Assembly (NCBI GenBank): GCA_965221125.1
Contig: CBDCRW010000007.1
Coordinates: 224,001-288,000, forward strand
Source of the DNA: Alphaproteobacteria bacterium
GTDB lineage: Bacteria; Pseudomonadota; Alphaproteobacteria; UBA828
Length of the DNA: 64,000 bases
Reading direction: 5' to 3'
The first letter of the stretch is position 1; each line of letters starts with the position of its first letter. Below the pieces are notes generated by a model, which was given only the letters and a program-made list of their open reading frames with translations, ran no database searches and had not been told where the DNA came from. Below are positions 50,048-59,356 of this stretch, piece by piece. The position numbers were made by a program, and so were the translations under genes.

Positions 50048-50847
50048 TGTACCTGCGCCACTTCGCCTTCACCCGCCTGCCCTTCGAGACCCCGGCAGAG
50101 ACCGACGAGCTGTTCGAGTCCAACGCGCGCCGCGAGGCCGAGGCCAGGCTCGGCCACCTCATCGACCTGCGCGGCATCGGCCTGCTCACCGGCGAGGTGG
50201 GCTCCGGCAAGACCACCGTGTGCCGGCATCTGACCGCGCAGCTTCATCCAGGCCTCTACCGGGTCCACTACGTCTCGCTGACCACGGGCAACGTGCTCGA
50301 CATGTACAAGGCGATCGCGTGGGAGATCGGCCTGCCCATCGAGCGCTCCCGCGCCTCGGCCTATCAGGCCATCCGAAACGAGATCTCCCGCCTCGTCACC
50401 GAGGCCAAGCAGCTGCCGGTCCTCGTCATCGACGAGGCCCATCATCTGCGCAACGACGTCCTTGAGGACCTGCGCCTGCTCACCAACTTCGCCATGGATG
50501 CAGAGCAGCGCCTGTGCCTCGTCCTCGTCGGTCTGACCGAGCTCAGGCGCCGCCTGGCCATGGCCATGCACGAATCCCTCAGCCAGCGCCTCGTCGTCCG
50601 CCACCACCTGAGCGGTCTCGACCGCGACGAGGTCGACGCTTACATCAAGCACCGCCTCAGGCTCGCGGGATGCGAACTGCCGCTGTTCGAAGAGCCCGCC
50701 GTCGAGGCCCTGTTCCAGGGCGCGCGCGGCCTGCCGCGCCAGATCAACCGCATCGCCCACTACGCGCTCTCCGCCGCCGCTCTCGACGAGGCGAGGACCG
50801 TCAGTGCCGACCACCTGCAGCACGCGCTCGAGGAACTGCGGCCATGA
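50044..50847 (+). CDS. ExeA-type AAA+ ATPase (transposase helper)
   Basis: YLRHFAFTRLPF, GEVGSGKTT, VLVIDEAHHL, LVLVG, GLPRQIN. Confidence 0.92.
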   Translation: MMYLRHFAFTRLPFETPAETDELFESNARREAEARLGHLIDLRGIGLLTGEVGSGKTTVCRHLTAQLHPGLYRVHYVSLTTGNVLDMYKAIAWEIGLPIERSRASAYQAIRNEISRLVTEAKQLPVLVIDEAHHLRNDVLEDLRLLTNFAMDAEQRLCLVLVGLTELRRRLAMAMHESLSQRLVVRHHLSGLDRDEVDAYIKHRLRLAGCELPLFEEPAVEALFQGARGLPRQINRIAHYALSAAALDEARTVSADHLQHALEELRP

Positions 50848-51884
50848 CCGGCTTCCCGACCCGCGCCCCGATCGAGCTGGAGGAGCGGCCGCGCGAGCAG
50901 CAATGGCTGGTGGACACGCTATGGGGCGAGCAGGCCGTCGGCATCGTCGGCGGCGAGCCGAAGTGCGGCAAGTCCATCCTGGCGCTGGACCTCGCGGTCG
51001 CAGTCGCCGCCGGCGTCCCATGCCTGCGGCACTTCGCCCCGGCCCGGCCTGGCCCGGTCCTGCTGTTCGCCGCAGAAGACGCCGGCCACCTCGTGCGCAA
51101 GCGCCTGCAGGGGATCGCCCGCGCCGCAGGCGCCCGCTTCGAGACCCTCGACATCGCCGTCATCGACGTGCCCACACTGCGCCTCGACCATCTCGACGAC
51201 CGCCGCCGCCTGCAGCAGACCGTGGAGCGCATCGCACCGCGCCTCGTGGTCCTCGACCCCCTGGTCCGCCTGCACGGCGTGGACGAGAACACGGTTGCGG
51301 ACGTCGCCCCGATCCTCGGCTTCCTGCGCGACCTGCAACGCCGCTTCGAGACCGCCGTCCTCCTCGTCCACCACGCCCGCAAGAGCGGGGCCACGAGGCC
51401 GGGGCAGGCCCTGCGGGGCAGCAGTGAGCTGCACGCCTGGGGGGACTCGAACCTCTACCTGCGCCGCCGGGACCGGCAGACCCTCATGACCGTCGAGCAT
51501 CGCGCCGCACGCGGTCTCGACGACATCGAGATCGAGCTCAAGGAAGACGGAGAGGAGCCCTCCTTCCGGCTGCGCCAGCCGCCCACGGCCGGCGGCGGGG
51601 CGCCTCAGCCCGAAACACCCGAATGCCGCGTTCTCAAGGCGCTCGCCGACGCCGGGGCGCCGCTCTCGCAACGCCAGATCCGGGAACGCGCCGCGACCCG
51701 GCACAAGACCGTCGGCGTAATCTTGCAAAAGCTCGTCCAGGAGGGTCGCGTCGCGCGCAACGCCGAGGGCGGCTACAGCGTCGTCGCAGGCGCAGCGGAC
51801 AAGCGGGCGGCGGCCGCCGCCGCCAACGGCAGCAGTCGGCCGCAGGCCCCGCGGTTCCCGGAGCCCGGTTCCGCCAACGCCTAG
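50844..51884 (+). CDS. RepA-like (AAA_25, RecA-fold) helicase/ATPase with C-terminal winged HTH
   Basis: QWLVDTLW, GGEPKCGKS, LFAAED, LVVLDPL, VDEN, LVHHARK, RGSSELHAWGD; C-terminal LSQRQIRE..LQKLVQEG; ATGA overlap. Confidence 0.85.
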   Translation: MTGFPTRAPIELEERPREQQWLVDTLWGEQAVGIVGGEPKCGKSILALDLAVAVAAGVPCLRHFAPARPGPVLLFAAEDAGHLVRKRLQGIARAAGARFETLDIAVIDVPTLRLDHLDDRRRLQQTVERIAPRLVVLDPLVRLHGVDENTVADVAPILGFLRDLQRRFETAVLLVHHARKSGATRPGQALRGSSELHAWGDSNLYLRRRDRQTLMTVEHRAARGLDDIEIELKEDGEEPSFRLRQPPTAGGGAPQPETPECRVLKALADAGAPLSQRQIRERAATRHKTVGVILQKLVQEGRVARNAEGGYSVVAGAADKRAAAAAANGSSRPQAPRFPEPGSANA

Positions 51885-52232
51885 GGGTTCGAGCCGGAAC
51901 CGCCGTCGGGAACCACCCTTCCCCAACGGTCCGGAAGGCGCTGCGCCTCCACCGGGATACTACGTCAGGTGAGCGGCCAGTCCGTGGCCGGAAGCTTGCT
52001 TCAGGCCATGGCAGCACTTCGTCGTGTGGACGGTGGCGAGTCACCCGAAGGGCCGAAGCGAAGCGCAGGAGCGGCGCAGCCGCTTGACGCGCCGACGGCC
52101 GCGCGACACCTCGTCAGCTCTCCTCAAGCACCAGTCCAAACCTCAATCAGACAGCGACCCCGGACCGCCCGCAGAGACCATGAGCTCCTACGCTTCGATC
52201 CGGAAAAGACCGAGCAATCTGGGAAATCAGGG

Positions 52233-53685
52233 GGTTGTGTCCCCAGACGTGGTGTAGGAGCTCCCGCTACCCCCGGTAGCTGTGGGTAACCGGCTTGGCG
52301 CCGCGACCGCCCTCGAGTCTGGTGGCGCCAAGCCGGTTATCCACAGCGGGGTGGCCATCGCGGTTCCGGTTTAGGGTTTGGGTGAATCCGAATCGACCCG
52401 AGCCTAAGGAGAACCACGATGACCGATGACAAGCTTACCCTGCGGACGCTGTTGGAGAAGAGCTCTGACGCCGATCTGCTGCGTGAGATGATCGCCTTCT
52501 CTGCGCAGCGCCTTATGGAGCTGGAAGTCGAGGGCCTGACCGGCGCCGAGCATGGCGCGCGGACGCCGGAGCGGATCAACCAGCGCAACGGCTACCGCGA
52601 TCGGCCTTGGGAGACCCGGGCCGGCACGGTCGACCTGAAGATTCCGAAGCTCAGGAAGGGGAGCTACTTCCCCGGCTTCCTGGAGCCCCGACGGACGGCG
52701 GAGAAGGCGCTCACGGCGGTGATCCAGGAGGCCTACATCCAGGGGGTATCGACCCGCTCGGTCGACGAACTGGTTCAGGCCATGGGCATGAGCGGGATAT
52801 CGAAGAGCCAGGTCTCGCGCCTTTGCGGGGAGATAGACGACAAGATCCGCAGCTTCCTCGACCGCCCGCTCGAAGGCGACTGGCCCTATCTCTGGCTGGA
52901 TGCGACTTACGTGAAGGTGCGCGAGGCCGGGCGCATCGTCCCGGTCGCGGTCACCGTGGCCGTCGCGGTCAACGACCAGGGCCGGCGCGAGATCCTCGGC
53001 ATGGCGATCGGCGCCTCCGAGGCCGAGACCTTCTGGACCGAGTTCCTGCGCTCGCTGACCAGGCGCGGCCTGCGCGGCGTGCAGCTGGTGATCTCCGACG
53101 ACCACAAGGGCCTGAAGGCCGCCACCACCCGGATCCTCGGCGCCACCTGGCAGAGATGCCGCGTCCACTTCATGCGCAACCTGCTGGCCCATGCCGGCAA
53201 GCAGGGCCGGCGCGTCGTCTCCGCCTTCGTCGCCACCGCCTTCGCCCAGGACGATGCCGAGGCCGCTGCCGCCCAGTGGCGCCTGATCGCCGACCAGCTC
53301 AGGCCCAAGGCCTCCAAGCTGGCGGCCCTCATGGACGAGGCCCAGCACGACGTCCTCGCCTACATGAGCTTCCCCAAGGAGCACCGGGTCAAGCTTCACT
53401 CGACCAACCCGCTCGAACGCGTCAACGGCGAGATCAAGCGACGCACCAACGTCGTCGGCATCTTCCCCAACGAGGACGCCATCACCCGCCTCGTCGGCGC
53501 CGTGCTGCTCGAGCAGAACGACGAATGGACCGTCGGAAGGAGGTACATGACGCTGGAATCGATCGCTCCCCTGAGCGACAATCCCACGATCAAGCTGTCC
53601 GCTGTGGCAGCCTGAATAACCCGGCCCTACCCGCCGGATGCCGCGTAAAGCGCGACGCTCTTACACCACTCCTCGGGACACGATC
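52233..53685 (+). mobile_element. IS256 family insertion sequence, 8-bp target duplication AATCAGGG
   Basis: 28-bp IRs GGTTGTGTCCCCAGACGTGGTGTAGGAG / rc GATCGTGTCCCGAGGAGTGGTGTAAGAG; AATCAGGG at 52225-52232 and 53686-53693. Confidence 0.95.
52419..53615 (+). CDS. IS256 family (Mutator-type) transposase
   Basis: [60 protein letters not shown]. Confidence 0.97.
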   Translation: MTDDKLTLRTLLEKSSDADLLREMIAFSAQRLMELEVEGLTGAEHGARTPERINQRNGYRDRPWETRAGTVDLKIPKLRKGSYFPGFLEPRRTAEKALTAVIQEAYIQGVSTRSVDELVQAMGMSGISKSQVSRLCGEIDDKIRSFLDRPLEGDWPYLWLDATYVKVREAGRIVPVAVTVAVAVNDQGRREILGMAIGASEAETFWTEFLRSLTRRGLRGVQLVISDDHKGLKAATTRILGATWQRCRVHFMRNLLAHAGKQGRRVVSAFVATAFAQDDAEAAAAQWRLIADQLRPKASKLAALMDEAQHDVLAYMSFPKEHRVKLHSTNPLERVNGEIKRRTNVVGIFPNEDAITRLVGAVLLEQNDEWTVGRRYMTLESIAPLSDNPTIKLSAVAA

Positions 53686-53737
53686 AATCAGGGCAGCGAT
53701 CACGTCAAATAATCTGGGAGATTCGGCGTCAAATAAC

Positions 53738-54409
53738 GTGCGAAACAACACTGCAGAGGGCGACGGCAAGAGCGGGCGGACGGGCCAGCCGGACTTGCTG
53801 GCAAGCCTGCCGCCGGAAGGGCCACCCGCTTCGCCACCAGCGCCCGGTATCGATCCTGCCGTGGTCGAGGAATTGCTCACCGAAGTGCGAGAACTGCGGG
53901 AACAGGTGGCCGGACTGAAGGAAGCGGTAGCCGCCGCGCGGCCCGCGCCAGGGCCTGAGGCGGTACCTGAGGTGCTGACGCAGGAGGCTCTCGAGGCCTG
54001 GGGCGACAACTTCTTGGCCCGCGTGGCCGAGATCGCGCGAGCCGAGGCCGCGCCAAGGGGCGACGCGGCGGCGACCGTCGCAGCCCATGCCGCCAAGATC
54101 GAGGAAGCGGCGGCGAAGGCGGCAGCGGCGGCAGACCGTGTCGACCGGGGTATGGCGACTACCGCGGACCGGGTCGCGGCCGAGATCGAGGGGGCCGTGA
54201 CCAGAATCGAAAAGGGCCTTGCGGCGACGCGCTCCCAGGTCATCGAGCATTCCGGTTCGATCCGTGGGCTTCTCTATGACGTCCTCACGCAAACGGCTGG
54301 ACCGAAGTTCGGCCTGAAGACGCTTCTTGTGGGCCTGATCGTCCTGATCTTCGGCATGCTGATCGAGAGCCGCGCGCACTTGCTCTACAAATGGCTGTGG
54401 TCCGGTTGA
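53738..54409 (+). CDS. Hypothetical coiled-coil protein with C-terminal TM helix (5' end possibly disrupted)
   Basis: LLTEVRELREQVAGLKE coiled coil; Ala-rich helices; LLVGLIVLIFGMLI TM; frame is open back to the IS256 end. Confidence 0.6.
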   Translation: MRNNTAEGDGKSGRTGQPDLLASLPPEGPPASPPAPGIDPAVVEELLTEVRELREQVAGLKEAVAAARPAPGPEAVPEVLTQEALEAWGDNFLARVAEIARAEAAPRGDAAATVAAHAAKIEEAAAKAAAAADRVDRGMATTADRVAAEIEGAVTRIEKGLAATRSQVIEHSGSIRGLLYDVLTQTAGPKFGLKTLLVGLIVLIFGMLIESRAHLLYKWLWSG

Positions 54410-54496
54410 GCCGGCGGCGTCCCGCCTCTCCGCTCCGGCGTCCCGTCTCCCTGCGTCCGCCGCGCACCGACGCGCCCATGCGTGGGGCCTGAGCCG

Positions 54497-57400
54497 ATGG
54501 TCGCCACGGTGGTGGAGCTCCGCTCGTCCGCCATGGCGGTGACCTATTACGAGCGCGACGGCTACTACGCAAAGAACGACCCCGAGCACCGCCAGGCGAG
54601 CTTCTGGTACGGGGACGCGGCGAAGGCGCTGGGGCTCAAGGCCCATGTGCGTCCCTCGCGCTTCGAATCGGTGCTGTCGGGATACGTGCCGGGGACGGAC
54701 CTGCGTCTCGGCCGGATGCGCGAGGGGGAGCACGATCACCGGCCCGGCTGGGACATCACCCTGTCGGCTCCGAAGTCGGTATCGCTGGAGGCGCTGGTGA
54801 TGGGAGACCGCCGGGTGATCCGGGCTCACGACGAGGCGGTGCGCGCGACGCTGGCGTTCGTGGAGGCGGAGCTTCTTCAGACCCGGGGCTGGGACCCCGC
54901 GACCAGGCGCCGTCCCCGGGTGCAGGCGGAGGGCATGGTGGTGGCGGGGTTCCGTCATCTCGCGAGCCGCGACCAGGACCCGCAGCTGCACACTCACTGC
55001 GTGCTGGCCAACATGACGCGGAATGCCTCAGGCGAGTGGCGGAGCGTGGAGCCGACGAAGATCCGCCGCAGCGAGAAGCTGATCGGAGCATTTTACCGGA
55101 ACGAGCTCGCGCTGCGTCTCCAGGCTTTGGGTATGGCCGTCTCGCCGACCCTGGTGGGACGGGTGCCGGGGTTCGAGCTCGCGGGCTACGACCGCGCCTT
55201 CCTGGACGCGTTCTCGGGCAGGCGCCGCGAGATTCTCGCGTACCTGGAACGCCAGGACCTGTCCTATACGGCGAAGCACACGCAGATGGCGGCGCTGCAC
55301 ACGCGCCGGCGCAAGGAGGACAAGGGCCTTGCGGACCTGGTGCCGGAATGGCGCGCGCGGGCGCGGGCGCTGGGTCTGGTCCGGGAGAAGACGGCCCTCA
55401 GGCCGCCCCGCCCGCTCGACCCGGTGACCGGCGAGCGGGTGGGGTTGCCGCACGTGCCCCCACCCGACCTGCCGGCCAACGAGATCCGCAGCCTGAAGCG
55501 TGCGCCGGCGCTGCCGAAGCTGCCGGAGCAGCCCAGCAATGACATTGCCGAACGCGCGGGCACGCGTCCCGAGCCCTCCCGCTCACCGGCGCCGGCGGAG
55601 CTGTCGCAGGAGCCCGAGCGGGGCGTCCTGGAGGCGGTGGCGCGGGCTGTGGCGCACGTTGCTGAGAGGCGCACCGCGATCCCGGAGGCCGAGATCCGGG
55701 CGGTGGCGCTGGGCCATGCGCCGGGGCGCTACACCCTGGCCGAGGTCGACGGGGCGATCGCACGGCTGGTGTCCGGCGGCGAGCTGATCGAGGCGGAACG
55801 CCGGGGCATGGACCGGGCCTTCGTCACCGACCGGGCGGTGAAGGCCGAACGCCAGGTGCTGGCGTCGATGCGGGCGGGGCGCTCACGGGGAATGGCGCTG
55901 GCCGGCGCGGATGCCGTCGAGGTGCGGCTCGACGCGTCGCGTCTCACCAAGGGCCAGAGGGAGGCGGTCCGCACGGTGCTGCTGTCGAACGATCTCACGG
56001 TCGGCGTGCAGGGCCACGCCGGGAGCGGCAAGACCACCATGCTGAGGGAGGTGAAGGCGCTTCTCGGGGACAGGACGATACAGGGCCTTGCGCCCTCTGC
56101 CGCCGCCGCACGGGTTCTCGCCAGGGAGGCGGACATCCCCTCACGGACGCTGCAGCACTTCCTGACCCGCTTCAACGATCTCTCGGACCCGGCGCGGCTG
56201 GCGCGGGGCCGGGAGGAGTACGGGGGCGCGGTGCTGGCGGTGGACGAGGCCTCGATGATCGACACCGTGCGCATGGAGGCGCTGCTGCGCATCGCGCGCG
56301 ATCTGAATGTGGCGCGTGTCGCGCTGGTGGGCGACACGGCGCAGCTGAGGGGGGTGGATGCTGGAGAACCCTTCCGTCTGCTGCAGAAGGCGGGCATGGC
56401 GACGGCGACCATGGACGAGGTGCTGCGCCAGCGCGACCCGGCGCTGCGCGCGACGGTAGGCCGCGTCAGGGAGGGGGAGCCGGGCGCGGCGATCGCGGCG
56501 CTGGGCAACCGGGTGCGCGAAGTGCGGCGCGAGGAGCTCGGCATCGAGGCGGCGCGGCGCTGGCTCGCGCTGGCGCCTGTGCAGCGGGCGGACACCCTGA
56601 TCCTCGCGCCGACGCACGCCATTCGCCGGCAGGCGAACGAGGCGGCGCGCGAAGGGCTCGCGGAGGAAGGGGTCTTGCGGGGCCGCACGCTCGCCGTCGA
56701 CCGCCTGGTAAATCGGCGGCTCACCCGCGCGCTGGCCTCCGACATACGGAGCTACGAGCCCGGCGACACTATAGTGTTCCACCGCGACGTCTTCGGCTGC
56801 CGCGTCAACGACGTCTGCACCGTGATGGGCCACGACGGCGGCAGGGTCGTACTGGCGCATGCGGACGGCGAGCGCCGGTTCCGGCCCTCGGGCAATGCGG
56901 CGCGCTATCTGGGCCTCTACGACACCGAGCGGATCGAGCTGCGCGCCGGCGACCAAATCCGCTGGACGCGCAACCGCAAGGCCCCGCCCGCCCGCGGCAG
57001 GCATCCCCAGGCACCGGACCTGGTCAATGGCGGCGAGGCGAAGATCGTGGAGATCGGCTATGAGCGGGTGCGCTTCCGCGAGGGCGGCCGGGAGTTCGGC
57101 CTCTCGCTTACCGACCCACAGCTGCGCCATCTCGATCATGCGTACTGCTCCACCGTGCATTCTGCGCAGGGCCGGACGGCGCGGGCGGCGATCGCGGTGC
57201 TGGACGCGGGCGGCTGGGTCGACCGCGAGCTGTTCCATGTCGAGCTCAGCCGGGTCTCGGAAGAGTTCCTGCTGCTGACCGACGACCGCGACGCGCTCAT
57301 CGAGAGCATGGCATACGACCGGAGCGAGGACGGTGCGCTGGAGGCGCTGGGGATCGACCTTTCCGAGCCCCCCGTGGTGGACCCCGAAGAGTTCACGGCG

Positions 57401-59356
57401 CTGGCGGCGGACTGGCGGGCACTTCTGCGGAAGAGCGAGGAGACGAACACGATTCCATTTTTCCTGTCGGGCTACCGGGACACGATGGCCCAGGCTGCGG
57501 CGCTCGCGCAGATCGAGGATCTGCCGGAGGACATGCGCCGCCTCACCGACACCATGCTGGCGAAACACGAGGAGCATCTTGCGCATGACCGGGAAGTGCA
57601 GGGCCTCGTCGAGGGCATCCGGGACCATTGGCGGCGCTGGCCGGAGTTGGGCTGGGCGGCCTCCGCGCAGGGCGTGCCTGTAGAGAAACTTCCCGCACAC
57701 GCTGCCTGGCGCGAGGAAGGGGCGGCGCTCCTGGAGGCGGGCCGCAGCCTGGTGGAGGCGGAGGGCGGGGCGGCCCACCGCGTGGCGGCACACCATGAGG
57801 TGGTACACCGCCAGGTGGTACACCGCCAGGTGGTACACCGCGATGTGGCCCACCACCTCCATGCCATGCCGGGCGGGCGCGCCGGTCTGGAAGACGCCGT
57901 CGTTATGCTTGAACGCACGCGGCTCCTCGACGATGCCGGGCGCTTCGAACGCGCGTGGCACGCGCTTCGCGAGCGAGCGACGGAGAGCGTCGTCCCGGAG
58001 ATTTACGCGCCGGGCTACCGGCAGGTGGCGGCGCTTGGCCAAAAGCTCGTGCTCGCCGATCAGGGGCTCGATGAGCGCGCGCAGCGCGCGGTGGCGGAAT
58101 GGCGGGAGATCGGTACGGCGCAGAGGGCGCTGGCGGAAGAGGTGCGCGCCCTGCCCGGCCGTATCGCGGCGTGGCTGTCAGCGGACCTGCCGCAGGACGA
58201 GCCCGGCGGGCTCGATCCTGACCATCCCGTGCGGCAGTCCTGGCGCGGGGAAGGCGCCAGGATGCAAGCCATGGCCGGGGACATGCTGCGCCCCGAAGAC
58301 GCCCACGCGCCCTACCTGGACGCCGAACCGGGCGGGCGCGAGGCTGTCCGGCAGGCGGCCGAAGAGGTCGCCGACGCGCTCCGGCACGACGGCTACCGGG
58401 CATTCGGGTGGCTGACGAAGGAGGTGAACCGGCAGGCGCAAGAAACCCGGACCGAAGCGTTCCACGTGCCGCGCTACGGCGAGCTGGTCGCACAGGCCGA
58501 GGCGCTCTCCGTGCAGGCGGCGCTGCCGGCGCGCACGCAGGAGGTCGTCGCATCATGGCTCGGCTACCATGCCAGGTGCGAACCGCTCTGCCGGCAGATC
58601 CGGGAATGGCCCGCACTGCTGGACGCGCTCACGGCGGACTGCCCCGAACGTCCCGCGAGGCTCGACGCCCTGACTGACTGGCGGCAGCGGGCGGAGCCCC
58701 TGCTCGCCGAGGCCCGAACGATGATGGCGGAGGACGCCCCTCACGCGCCCCATCTGGACGCCATTCCGGGCGAGCGCAAGGCGCTGGCCGAGGGAACGGG
58801 CCGCCTCGACCGCGCGCTGATCGAGGTCGAGGCGCGGGAGACGGTCGTGCTGTCATCGGTCGTACAGAAGTGGGCTAACGAGACGGGCGGGATCGGCTTC
58901 GACAGCCGCGCCTATGACGCGCTGATGGAGCGCGCGCGTTCTCTCGATGCCAGGCCGCATCTGCCGGAGGATTTGCGCGGCACGGTCGACGGCCTTCTCG
59001 CCAGGGACGAACGCTGGGCGCTCGACAGGGATCGGGTCCAAGCATTCCTCGTGCGGGCCGCGGAGTTCGAGCGCGCGCGGAACGCTCTGACGCAGATGGA
59101 CGTCACGACCAACTCGTTCGAGGAGCGTCGACAGGCCCGGCAGGACTGCGAGCGGAAAGAGAAGGAGGTTCTCGACGAAGCGGTGGCAATCAGGAAGAAC
59201 ATGCCGCAACACGAGCTCGCCGCTCATCTGGCCGCCGCCGGCGCAGGCTCGGACACGGTCCGTGAGCGCGAAGAGGAGATCCGCAACAGGATCGCCCGGG
59301 AACAGGAAAGGCAGGCCGCCCTGCGAATGAGCCGCGACCGGGGAATGTCGATGTAG
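54497..59356 (+). CDS. MOB_F conjugative relaxase-helicase (TrwC/TraI-like) with long repetitive C-terminal extension
   Basis: TYYERDGYY tyrosines, DITLSAPKSVS, RAHDEAV, FRHLASRDQDPQLHTH, FSGRR; helicase GHAGSGKTT, VDEASM, VGDTAQL, LRQ, HAYCSTVHSAQGRT; terminal SRDRGMSM. Confidence 0.95.
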   Translation: MVATVVELRSSAMAVTYYERDGYYAKNDPEHRQASFWYGDAAKALGLKAHVRPSRFESVLSGYVPGTDLRLGRMREGEHDHRPGWDITLSAPKSVSLEALVMGDRRVIRAHDEAVRATLAFVEAELLQTRGWDPATRRRPRVQAEGMVVAGFRHLASRDQDPQLHTHCVLANMTRNASGEWRSVEPTKIRRSEKLIGAFYRNELALRLQALGMAVSPTLVGRVPGFELAGYDRAFLDAFSGRRREILAYLERQDLSYTAKHTQMAALHTRRRKEDKGLADLVPEWRARARALGLVREKTALRPPRPLDPVTGERVGLPHVPPPDLPANEIRSLKRAPALPKLPEQPSNDIAERAGTRPEPSRSPAPAELSQEPERGVLEAVARAVAHVAERRTAIPEAEIRAVALGHAPGRYTLAEVDGAIARLVSGGELIEAERRGMDRAFVTDRAVKAERQVLASMRAGRSRGMALAGADAVEVRLDASRLTKGQREAVRTVLLSNDLTVGVQGHAGSGKTTMLREVKALLGDRTIQGLAPSAAAARVLAREADIPSRTLQHFLTRFNDLSDPARLARGREEYGGAVLAVDEASMIDTVRMEALLRIARDLNVARVALVGDTAQLRGVDAGEPFRLLQKAGMATATMDEVLRQRDPALRATVGRVREGEPGAAIAALGNRVREVRREELGIEAARRWLALAPVQRADTLILAPTHAIRRQANEAAREGLAEEGVLRGRTLAVDRLVNRRLTRALASDIRSYEPGDTIVFHRDVFGCRVNDVCTVMGHDGGRVVLAHADGERRFRPSGNAARYLGLYDTERIELRAGDQIRWTRNRKAPPARGRHPQAPDLVNGGEAKIVEIGYERVRFREGGREFGLSLTDPQLRHLDHAYCSTVHSAQGRTARAAIAVLDAGGWVDRELFHVELSRVSEEFLLLTDDRDALIESMAYDRSEDGALEALGIDLSEPPVVDPEEFTALAADWRALLRKSEETNTIPFFLSGYRDTMAQAAALAQIEDLPEDMRRLTDTMLAKHEEHLAHDREVQGLVEGIRDHWRRWPELGWAASAQGVPVEKLPAHAAWREEGAALLEAGRSLVEAEGGAAHRVAAHHEVVHRQVVHRQVVHRDVAHHLHAMPGGRAGLEDAVVMLERTRLLDDAGRFERAWHALRERATESVVPEIYAPGYRQVAALGQKLVLADQGLDERAQRAVAEWREIGTAQRALAEEVRALPGRIAAWLSADLPQDEPGGLDPDHPVRQSWRGEGARMQAMAGDMLRPEDAHAPYLDAEPGGREAVRQAAEEVADALRHDGYRAFGWLTKEVNRQAQETRTEAFHVPRYGELVAQAEALSVQAALPARTQEVVASWLGYHARCEPLCRQIREWPALLDALTADCPERPARLDALTDWRQRAEPLLAEARTMMAEDAPHAPHLDAIPGERKALAEGTGRLDRALIEVEARETVVLSSVVQKWANETGGIGFDSRAYDALMERARSLDARPHLPEDLRGTVDGLLARDERWALDRDRVQAFLVRAAEFERARNALTQMDVTTNSFEERRQARQDCERKEKEVLDEAVAIRKNMPQHELAAHLAAAGAGSDTVREREEEIRNRIAREQERQAALRMSRDRGMSM
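57798..57841 (+). repeat. 15-bp tandem repeat x3 (VVHRQ) in the relaxase
   Basis: aggtggtacaccgcc aggtggtacaccgcc aggtggtacaccgc. Confidence 0.9.

Larger units (their letters stand above)
47666..52216 (+). mobile_element. Four-gene DDE transposon (Zn-finger, transposase, ExeA-type AAA, RepA-like helicase)
   Basis: Imperfect TG...CA terminal inverted repeats TGCTGTTGTTTTCCGG..TAGAAGC versus rc TGCTCGGTCTTTTCCGG..TAGGAGC; co-oriented ORFs, the last three overlapping; no target duplication seen. Confidence 0.65.

Noticed and set aside
47666-52216. Possible CAST or Tn7-like element
   Set aside because: No TnsA, TniQ/TnsD or Cas genes recognised, no array, and no 5-bp target duplication seen.
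52607-54409. 600-aa ORF spanning IS256 and the downstream gene, as a possible fusion
   Set aside because: The first part is an off-frame read of the transposase; only the portion after 53686 looks like real coding sequence.
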